Shown here piece by piece: positions 40,384 to 47,532 of a stretch of 64,000 nucleotides of DNA (positions within the stretch are counted from its first letter, which is position 1; each line of letters begins with the position of its first letter). A program made the position numbers and the translations under genes. The notes under the pieces are model-generated. The model did no database searches, was not told where the DNA came from, and worked only from the letters and a program-made list of their open reading frames with translations. Origin of the DNA: Candidatus Micrarchaeota archaeon (GTDB taxonomy: Archaea > Iainarchaeota > Iainarchaeia > Iainarchaeales > JAGVWC01); contig JAZDJR010000035.1 of the NCBI GenBank assembly GCA_043803815.1, positions 1 to 64,000 of the forward strand, in the 5' to 3' direction.

Positions 40384-40444
40384 TTCTTCACGACTAAAAA
40401 ATTATACCCATATATTTAAATGGATAAAGAAGAGGGCGTTTCTT

Positions 40445-41899
40445 ATGAAGATTAATCGCGCGGTTTTCGTCAATCCGTATCCGTATTATGCCGCAGGCAT
40501 CAACGAGGCAACCGCCTATCCGCCGCTCGGGCTTGCGTATTTTGCCTCTTTTTTGGCCAAAAAAGGCGTGAAGTGCCGGGTAATTGACGCCAATATCCTG
40601 GCCAAATCCAACGAATCCGTTTTGGCCGAAATCGAGGAATTCAAGCCGCAGCTGGTCGGGATTTCGACGAATGTAGTCACCGCCCAGGCGGGAGAAGAGC
40701 TGGCCAAAATGATCAAGCAAAAAGACCCGAAAACAATCGTGGTGTTCGGCGGCCCTTATGCGACCAACGTGGTTGAAAAATTGCTGAACCGCTCGGGAGC
40801 GGACTGCATTATCCGCGGCGAAGGCGAAATGACCCTGCTTGAGTTCGTCAAAAAAGGCGGGAACGTTTCCACCATCAAAGGGGTATCCTACCTGAAAAAA
40901 GGCAGATTAATCAGCAATCCGGATGCGGAAAAAATCCAAAACCTGGACGAACTGCCCTATCCCGCGTACGATTTGTTGCCGCCGCTTTCCATGTATCATT
41001 CGCGCTCGCGCTACACGCCGATGGCGCCGATGATGATGACGCGCGGCTGCCCGTACGGCTGCATTTTTTGCTCGAGCGCGCACACCGCCAACAACATCAT
41101 GGGCGCGGCGACCCGCAAGCGCTCGCCGAAAAATATCGTCGGAGAAATCCGCATGTTGTCCAAAAAATACGGCGTGCGCCAAATCGATTTTTTGGACGAC
41201 AATTTTTCCCAGGATATGGAATACGCAAACAAGGTCATGGACGCGATAATAAAGGCCGACCTTGGCGTGGTGTACAATTTCCAAAACGGCCTTCGGGCCG
41301 ACCGGCTGGACGAGCCCTTGATCATCAAAATGAAAAAAGCGGGGGTTGTTAAAGTCGGCATCGGGGTCGAATCCGGAGAGCAGGCCATAGTGGATGCCGC
41401 CAAAAAATCGCTGAACCTGGAAAAGGTGCGAACCGCAATCGGGTTATTGCGAAAGCACGGCATTATTGTCATCGGCTTTTTCATGCTGGGATTGCCCGGC
41501 GAGACCGCTAAAACAATGGAAAAAACAATCCGATTCGCGCTGGAAACCAATCCGCACATGGCCAATTTTTCCGTTGTGCTGCCTTTACCCGGAACCGAGT
41601 TGTATCGCATGGTCGAAAAAGCCGACGCGTTTGTAAAGGACGATACGACCGCGGGCGCGATGACGGGATTTTACTCCCAGATGTTTTATTACAAAATGGG
41701 CGAAGTCACGCCTGAGTTGGTGTTTAAATACCAAAAAAAAGCGTACAACGAGTTTTATTTTCGGCCATCCAAACTGCTGGACTTGATGACCACAATCCAG
41801 TCCTGGAACGAATTCAAGTGGACCTTAAACTCCGCCAAAAACATCGCGGCAGCGATTTTTAAAATGCCGTTTGGAAAAGCAGCATCCGCCGAGCACTGA
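40445..41899 (+). CDS. Cobalamin-binding radical SAM protein (class B methylase-like); likely start 40445
   Basis: YPPLGLAY, GGPY, GEGE, TRGCPYGCIFC, DDNF, GVESG, PLPGT. Confidence 0.9.
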   Translation: MKINRAVFVNPYPYYAAGINEATAYPPLGLAYFASFLAKKGVKCRVIDANILAKSNESVLAEIEEFKPQLVGISTNVVTAQAGEELAKMIKQKDPKTIVVFGGPYATNVVEKLLNRSGADCIIRGEGEMTLLEFVKKGGNVSTIKGVSYLKKGRLISNPDAEKIQNLDELPYPAYDLLPPLSMYHSRSRYTPMAPMMMTRGCPYGCIFCSSAHTANNIMGAATRKRSPKNIVGEIRMLSKKYGVRQIDFLDDNFSQDMEYANKVMDAIIKADLGVVYNFQNGLRADRLDEPLIIKMKKAGVVKVGIGVESGEQAIVDAAKKSLNLEKVRTAIGLLRKHGIIVIGFFMLGLPGETAKTMEKTIRFALETNPHMANFSVVLPLPGTELYRMVEKADAFVKDDTTAGAMTGFYSQMFYYKMGEVTPELVFKYQKKAYNEFYFRPSKLLDLMTTIQSWNEFKWTLNSAKNIAAAIFKMPFGKAASAEH

Positions 41900-41964
41900 C
41901 CAAAATCAAAAAATAATTCGCGAAATTAACTTTTAATGCGGATTTTGTTCCTTATTTTAAATTT

Positions 41965-43281
41965 CTAATTTTTACCGAAATCCAGCGGCTTGTCCTGAAC
42001 GTATTTTAGGCCAAGTGCAAGCGCGGTTTCGGCTTTGGACAGTTCGGTTCCCAAATACAGGGCGTGGCTGGTCGTTCCGACGATGTTTTCGCGGATAATC
42101 TGGTCGCGCAAGGAAAGGGCGGTTTTTCCCGAATACATGAACAAGAGTTCGTTTCCAGGAGACAAGTGCTCAACTACGATTTCACCCTGCGAAAGATAAA
42201 TCACAAAAGAGCCCCGAAAGTCGCGCACGAGTTGGGGTGTCGGGACCCATTGCCCAAAATTTTTTTCCACAATACTTTGGGTTTTTTCAAGTTCCGCTAA
42301 CGGAACAAAAAAATCAAGGACCGTAACGGCAATGGCGACGGTTTTAAAAGAATACTCCGAAGCGGAAAAAACGGATTGAAGCGCGGCAAGCAGTTGGGCA
42401 ACAGCTTGCGCATCTGCGGAGGAAAGAACCGCCTGGATTAAAAGGCCGTCATCCAGCGATTGCACTCGGGTTTCTATTTTTTTTTCCAAAAAGGAAAGGT
42501 TAACCAAACTTGGAGTCGAATTTTCCGAAAGCAAAGCGTTTGAAAGTTCTTTTTTCCACTGCTTTGCAAGAGCATCACAGTCCTTGGCCGAAAAGGAAAA
42601 AAAATCGGGAACATTGAACGGTTTTTTGGACGGAAGATAAATACAAAAAACGGGATTCAGCAAAAAGCGTTTTTTTTCATTCGAGTGGCCGAATTTGATA
42701 AGGGAATCAAGGCCCAATATCCACGGTTCCATAAAATCCGAGCCGCGAAAAACGAATCCCGCGGGTTCGCCGAAAAATTTTTTGGCAAACGCGGATTTTT
42801 TTTTGAATACCTGTTTTTCGCGCCGCGATTCGGGTTCGGTAAAACGCAGTTCGTTAAACGGCTGCTGGATAAAGTCCCACTGATAAACTAAAACGCTTTG
42901 GCGCAATTGCTGCAACGCGTTTTCGGAAATGTCGGCTTCTATATAACCTTCCACCGGACTGGTTACCCGCCAAACATCAATTCCGGTGTCCTTAGTTTTT
43001 CCCCTGACAAAGCCGTGTTCAAAAAAATCCCGCAATACAATGCCTGATTTTCCCATGTCCGAACCCGTAATCACCAGATGCTTGATTTTCGGATTGGATA
43101 GCAAGGAACGAACCAAGGTATCCAGTCCCCGCTCGGCATTGTACAGGTTTCCGATAATGCCGAAATCTTTTTTGGAAAGGCGCGACGCCACCATTTCGAC
43201 CGGCGTCCACAAAGTTACGATGGCAACCAAAGGGTTGTCCCCGAAAACCAGAGTATTGGTTTTGGATTCTGCAGGGTTCAT
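41965..43281 (-). CDS. Fusion of an MtrA-like domain, a degenerate thymidylate-synthase-like domain and DUF4346
   Basis: N-terminal VAIVTLWT...GNLY...GLD.LVR.LL.NP.I.HL is MtrA-like. C-terminal D.RG.FVI...SHALYLG.EL.KA..AL..G..YVQD is DUF4346-like. The middle resembles ThyA but lacks PC and RSxD. Confidence 0.65.
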   Translation of the reverse strand: MNPAESKTNTLVFGDNPLVAIVTLWTPVEMVASRLSKKDFGIIGNLYNAERGLDTLVRSLLSNPKIKHLVITGSDMGKSGIVLRDFFEHGFVRGKTKDTGIDVWRVTSPVEGYIEADISENALQQLRQSVLVYQWDFIQQPFNELRFTEPESRREKQVFKKKSAFAKKFFGEPAGFVFRGSDFMEPWILGLDSLIKFGHSNEKKRFLLNPVFCIYLPSKKPFNVPDFFSFSAKDCDALAKQWKKELSNALLSENSTPSLVNLSFLEKKIETRVQSLDDGLLIQAVLSSADAQAVAQLLAALQSVFSASEYSFKTVAIAVTVLDFFVPLAELEKTQSIVEKNFGQWVPTPQLVRDFRGSFVIYLSQGEIVVEHLSPGNELLFMYSGKTALSLRDQIIRENIVGTTSHALYLGTELSKAETALALGLKYVQDKPLDFGKN

Positions 43282-43346
43282 GAAAAAACCCTTGGGGCAA
43301 TATTTTTTAAACCGCTTGAAATTTCGGCAGGGGGTAATTTTTTGTT

Positions 43347-43850
43347 TTATAACTGAATGGCAAATCGTTTCCCCAACACGGGGGTAAGATGGTAAAAACT
43401 GATTTCCGAATTTTTTTCAAGCGTTATTTTTTCGATTGATTTTTCAGGAATTTTCCCGTTTATTTCAAACAAAAAATATCCTTTTTTCCCGTCGATTTTT
43501 TCAACCAGATAGCCCGACGGCGTTTTTTTCAGGCCGATGCCCGGAACGCGCTTAAATGCGTCAAGCAAGGTTTCACCTTCATGGGCTTTAATCACATGCG
43601 AGTCGCCAATTGCATGGAAAATTTTTTTAATGGTCTGCAGGTACGCGGTATTAAGCCTAAGCACATGCATATTGCCTATTTTTTTGCGTTCGACAATGCG
43701 GTTTTTTTCGAGGATTCGGACGTGTTTTAGGGCGACGGGAACCGCGATTCCCACTTCCTTCGCAATTCCGTTGATGCTGTATTCATTGTCAAAAAGCAGG
43801 CGCACGATTTTTCTGCGATTCTCGTTTCCCAAAATATTGAACAGGTCCAA
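43347..43850 (-). CDS. ArsR-family wHTH regulator fused to a DUF4430 (transcobalamin C-terminal-like) domain; likely TTG start 43850
   Basis: LGNENRRKIV.LL...SI..IAKE.GI..P...KH..IL is ArsR-like. ETLLDAF...GYLVEKIDG...FEING...ITL....ISFY is DUF4430-like. GGTG RBS before the TTG. Confidence 0.72.
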   Translation of the reverse strand: MDLFNILGNENRRKIVRLLFDNEYSINGIAKEVGIAVPVALKHVRILEKNRIVERKKIGNMHVLRLNTAYLQTIKKIFHAIGDSHVIKAHEGETLLDAFKRVPGIGLKKTPSGYLVEKIDGKKGYFLFEINGKIPEKSIEKITLEKNSEISFYHLTPVLGKRFAIQL

Positions 43851-43860
43851 AAAAACACCG

Positions 43861-43887
43861 TTATCCTTCGGATAATAATTATTATCC
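43861..43887. promoter_or_regulatory. Candidate operator: perfect 18-bp palindrome plus an overlapping inverted repeat
   Basis: GGATAATAATTATTATCC (43870-43887) is its own reverse complement; TTATCC-TTC-GGATAA spans 43861-43875; both lie in the divergent regulator/operon gap. Confidence 0.7.
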
Positions 43888-43896
43888 AAAAAAAGG

Positions 43897-43905
43897 TTTT
43901 TAAAA
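43897..43905. promoter_or_regulatory. Candidate bidirectional TATA box
   Basis: TTTTTAAAA, preceded on + by a purine-rich BRE-like run; about 45 bp from each divergent start. Confidence 0.4.
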
Positions 43906-43949
43906 GCGTATTGGAACCCCAATGAATACGATTTTAGGGGTTTTGAAAT

Positions 43950-45935
43950 TTGGAAAAAAAAATCGCGTTAACTATTAGCTTTTTACTGCTGGTCACATTG
44001 GCCAACGCGTATCCTTTGCCGGCATCGGATTCACACATTACAAGCGCGCTTTCGTATCTTAAAAGCGTGCAGACCGCCGACGGGTGCATCGGGGGTTTTG
44101 CAACGAGTGCATGGGTAATTGATTCGGTTGCCGCGGCGGGACAAAACCCTTCTTCCGTGTCCTGGCAAAATTCCGGCAAGTCACTCGTGGACTGCATCAA
44201 AAAAGATGCCGCTTGGTTTAATGATTCCGGCCGAAGCGCAACGGATTTTGAACGCCAGATTTTGGCCGTTGTCGCGACCGATGAGGACCCCGCAAATTTT
44301 AACGGTTTGGATTATGTTACCAAACTCAAGTCTTTTTTTGACGGAACCCAAATGGGCCAAAGCGCTTACCTAAACGATGACATGTGGGGCATCATGGCCT
44401 TGCGTGCCGCGGGAGAACCGGCTTCTTCAGCGCAAATTCAAGGCATGGCAACGTTTTTGGAATCCAACCAAGGAGCGGACGGTTCGTTCAGTTGGGGCAT
44501 CGGGCAGGCCGGCGACCCGGACGATACCGCGGACGCCATAATGGCTTTAATTTCCGCAGGAAAAATGCCGGACAGCGCATCGGTTCAAAACGGCTTGGCT
44601 TTTTTAAAAACCCAACAGGACTCCAATATCGCGGGAATACAGTCATTTGGTCTTGTCAATCCCGATTCGACTTCTCACGCGGTGGATTCCATTGTATCGG
44701 CGGGACAAGACCCGACCGATGCAGCTTGGCAGGAAAACGACACGAATCCAGTCGAATATTTATTGTCTTGGCAGCAGCCGAACGGCGGTTTTAGCAATCC
44801 GTACGCAAACCCCCCCGGTTCATCAAGTGAATGGACCACGGCCGGCGCGCTGAACGCGTTGCTTGGAAAGCCTTATCCTGTCAAAATCCGGACTATTGCG
44901 CAGAATTTGCAGATGCCGGTTCGCATTGAAGGCGCCGATGCCGTCATTGTCGACACAACGGTTGTATTGCCGCAGTCTTTTGAATTCAGCGCTACGAGCG
45001 GAACGCATTACTCCCTGCACGAGCCGAGCTTGCTGATGGGTTTGCTTGAAACCGCAAGCGAAAACGGTTTTGCGGTCGGCGTAAGCGACCAGTGGTATCC
45101 CGCGCTCGGTTTTTACGTCAACGAAATCGCGGACCAGCCTGCCGAAGGGCTGAACGGATGGAATGTACGCGTGGACAATCGTTCAATCGGTTCTTTTTCT
45201 TCCGACGCATTCATTTGGCAGTCCAGTTCGCCGCCCGCTTTGCCGCATCACGACGTTACGTGGTATTTTGGAAGCTGGGACGCCAATGCGCTTCGGTTAA
45301 CGAGCAATTCAACAAGCGTTCAAACCGACGAAAACGTGCAGGTCAAGGTGGAATATTTTTCCGAACAGGATAACGCGTGGTATCCGGTGCAAGGCGCAAC
45401 CGTCAAAGGTGCGGCCCAAGACCAGCTGACGGACGCGCAGGGAAACGCGACGATTCGGTTTGCTTCGGGTGGAACCCAAAACGTTTTTGCCGAAAAACCG
45501 GGCCAAAAGTACTTTCGCAGCAAAAAGCTGGCTTTTGCGGTGCAAGGACCGGAACAATCCTCAACGCAAGTCCGATTGATTGGAACCCTTGTTCCGGCCG
45601 TGTCGTTTTCGGTTTCGCCAAGCCAACTCAATTTCGGCTCGTTTGGACCGGGATATTTGGTTCATGCCAATAGCCTGGAAGTGAAAAATACGGGTTCGTG
45701 GAACCTGCAAATTAAGGCGAGTATCAATGATACGAACGGCACATTGTATTCTTCGGGTTTATTGTTAAACGACACCCCGTGGAACCAGTTTTCGCTGGCA
45801 TTAAACGCCCAGCCGCCGGGTTTTTTGAACACTGCCGTTGTGACTTCCGGATTGCAGGTGCCACCGGATTTTTCGCAAACCGGAACCCAAAACGGAATCG
45901 TTACTTTTTGGGCGACCGCTACTCAGGTTCCGTAA
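43950..45935 (+). CDS. Secreted transcobalamin-like protein: alpha/alpha barrel + DUF4430 + Ig-like domains
   Basis: Signal peptide; repeats YLKSVQTADG, FLESNQGADGSF, YLLSWQQPNGGF; then GFYVNEI...GWNVRVDN...DVTWYF (DUF4430); C-terminal beta-rich domains. Confidence 0.7.
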   Translation: MEKKIALTISFLLLVTLANAYPLPASDSHITSALSYLKSVQTADGCIGGFATSAWVIDSVAAAGQNPSSVSWQNSGKSLVDCIKKDAAWFNDSGRSATDFERQILAVVATDEDPANFNGLDYVTKLKSFFDGTQMGQSAYLNDDMWGIMALRAAGEPASSAQIQGMATFLESNQGADGSFSWGIGQAGDPDDTADAIMALISAGKMPDSASVQNGLAFLKTQQDSNIAGIQSFGLVNPDSTSHAVDSIVSAGQDPTDAAWQENDTNPVEYLLSWQQPNGGFSNPYANPPGSSSEWTTAGALNALLGKPYPVKIRTIAQNLQMPVRIEGADAVIVDTTVVLPQSFEFSATSGTHYSLHEPSLLMGLLETASENGFAVGVSDQWYPALGFYVNEIADQPAEGLNGWNVRVDNRSIGSFSSDAFIWQSSSPPALPHHDVTWYFGSWDANALRLTSNSTSVQTDENVQVKVEYFSEQDNAWYPVQGATVKGAAQDQLTDAQGNATIRFASGGTQNVFAEKPGQKYFRSKKLAFAVQGPEQSSTQVRLIGTLVPAVSFSVSPSQLNFGSFGPGYLVHANSLEVKNTGSWNLQIKASINDTNGTLYSSGLLLNDTPWNQFSLALNAQPPGFLNTAVVTSGLQVPPDFSQTGTQNGIVTFWATATQVP

Positions 45936-45948
45936 CGGAGAAAAAATA

Positions 45949-46533
45949 ATGCATGCCACAATTTTTTTTTTAATCGGCATCTTGTTGCTATTGGGCTGTT
46001 CATCATTTGCGGTTGGGCTTGGCGTAAATCCCGCGTATCTGGAATTCAAGATTTATTCCGAAAAAGATTTGGAACAATCGCTTTTTGTGATTAACACGGA
46101 AAATGCGTCGCTTGATTTTAACGTGTATGCGGTGGATTACTGGTTTTTAATCGAGCCCAATCATTTTTCGCTGCCTGCGGGAAAAAAACAGGAAGTTTTG
46201 TTGCGGATGAAATTTTCCCCAAGTCCGCAGGAAACACAAACGGAAGTGCGGGTCGTCGCAAGCGAACCCGGCCAAAACCAGGTTAAAACCGGAATTAAGA
46301 TGCCGGTCAAAATCCTGCAATTACAAGACGCGACGCTTACTGATCCAAACGATTCCAATTCTTCAGAACAAAACCCGCAAAAAGCCTTGACTGGTTTTTT
46401 TAGCCTGAACGGGTCATCCTCGCTTTTAGGTTTATTGGTTATCGGGCTTTGCGCTTTGGTTGTTGGACTGGCCAAAGCAAAGGGATTAAAAGGAAAAATA
46501 GGCATAAAATATGCGAAATACGATGAAAAATAA
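45949..46533 (+). CDS. Exported Ig-like protein with C-terminal TM anchor
   Basis: Signal peptide, GVNP beta-sandwich pattern, low-complexity linker, TM helix and basic tail. Confidence 0.55.
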   Translation: MHATIFFLIGILLLLGCSSFAVGLGVNPAYLEFKIYSEKDLEQSLFVINTENASLDFNVYAVDYWFLIEPNHFSLPAGKKQEVLLRMKFSPSPQETQTEVRVVASEPGQNQVKTGIKMPVKILQLQDATLTDPNDSNSSEQNPQKALTGFFSLNGSSSLLGLLVIGLCALVVGLAKAKGLKGKIGIKYAKYDEK

Positions 46534-47083
46534 ATCCAAAAATGCGCTGACTTTTTTCGGCGGACTGGTCCTGACGAGTGCGTATCGCCTGCTTCGAATC
46601 TTTCCCAACAACGACCCCATCATGGGTTTTGCACTTCCAATCGCCCGCAACCAGAAATGGTGGCAGGCGTTTTTGTTTCCCGCCTTGGCCATGGCCTGTT
46701 TTGACGTATTGACCGCCAAAGTGGGGCCATGGACGGTTATTACCGCGGTTCTTTACGGCACAATCGGGGTAATGTTTCATTTTTATTTCAGGAAAAAAAC
46801 CAAGGTCGGCCTTGGCACGTACGCCAAATTAAGCGTCGTGGGCGTTTTGGCATTCGATTTTTTTACCGGCCCCATTATGACCAGTTACCTGTTTAAAATC
46901 CCGTTTTCCGTTGCCTTAATCGGCCAGATTCCGTTTACTTTGCTTCACCTGGCCAGCGCGGTAACCATTACCGTTTTATTGGCGCCCGTTCTTGACCCTT
47001 CAGTTAGAAGCCTGCCGGCCGAATTAAAACACAGGATTAAAAGCCGGTTTTTTTCTGGCCAATCATCCGGGGTCATACGATGA
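46511..47083 (+). CDS. ECF transporter S-component (CbrT/BtuM-like, cobalamin by context)
   Basis: About 190 aa with 5-6 TMs, N-terminal PNNDP, GPWT, G.L.FD..T, PFT..H; flanked by DUF4430 genes. Confidence 0.6.
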   Translation: MRNTMKNKSKNALTFFGGLVLTSAYRLLRIFPNNDPIMGFALPIARNQKWWQAFLFPALAMACFDVLTAKVGPWTVITAVLYGTIGVMFHFYFRKKTKVGLGTYAKLSVVGVLAFDFFTGPIMTSYLFKIPFSVALIGQIPFTLLHLASAVTITVLLAPVLDPSVRSLPAELKHRIKSRFFSGQSSGVIR

Positions 47084-47490
47084 AATTCCAGAATGCGATT
47101 TTTTGGGGATTTTTGGTTTTTTTTCTTTTGGCCGGCTGCATCCAGCAGCAGCAATCCCAAAACGCACCGCCCGGCTCCCAAACGCAAACGGTTGCGCTTT
47201 CGCTGAAATACACGGATGAAAACGGAACCGTGCTGCTTGAAAAAAATATTTCCGTTGCCAAGGGAACCAATGCGTTTGATGCCATCAAAGAAAGCGTTCC
47301 GCTTGATTTTGAAACGACCTCCTTTGGACCATTCATCAAAAGCATCGGCGGAGTCTCTCCTTCTTCCGATTATTATTTGGCGCTTTACGTTAATGGCCAG
47401 TATGCGGACCGCGGAATCGCGGGATATACGCTTTCGGAAGATACTAGTATAGAATGGAAAACGGAAAAAATCCAAAGCGCGCCGGTTTGA
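47080..47490 (+). CDS. DUF4430 lipoprotein (putative cobalamin-binding)
   Basis: Lipobox LAGC; TNAFDAI...FGPFIKSIGG...LYVNG...GIAGYTL....IEW; ATGA overlap with the upstream gene. Confidence 0.78.
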   Translation: MKFQNAIFWGFLVFFLLAGCIQQQQSQNAPPGSQTQTVALSLKYTDENGTVLLEKNISVAKGTNAFDAIKESVPLDFETTSFGPFIKSIGGVSPSSDYYLALYVNGQYADRGIAGYTLSEDTSIEWKTEKIQSAPV

Positions 47491-47532
47491 ATCCGAACCC
47501 AAACCGCTTAAAACCGCCGAGAATTTTTTGTT

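Noticed and set aside
40400-40430. Second operator copy (TTATACC...GGATAA) before the 40445 radical SAM
   Set aside because: Only one good half-site, with wrong spacing and orientation; it overlaps a probable TATA box.
40049-40444. N-terminal extension of the radical SAM, and similar extensions at 13166, 24852, 54675 and 57737
   Set aside because: They overlap neighbouring genes or promoters; downstream starts with an RBS or stop/start overlap fit better.
41965-43281. Evidence of methanogenesis (Mtr complex) or an active ThyA
   Set aside because: No other mtr subunits; the corrinoid His and ThyA catalytic motifs are absent.
43851-43949. Cobalamin riboswitch upstream of the uptake operon
   Set aside because: The gap is only 99 bp and AT-rich, with no B12-box or GGGAA core visible.
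43950-45935. Squalene cyclase or prenyltransferase activity
   Set aside because: The protein is secreted, has no DxDD cyclase motif in proper context, and is fused to DUF4430.
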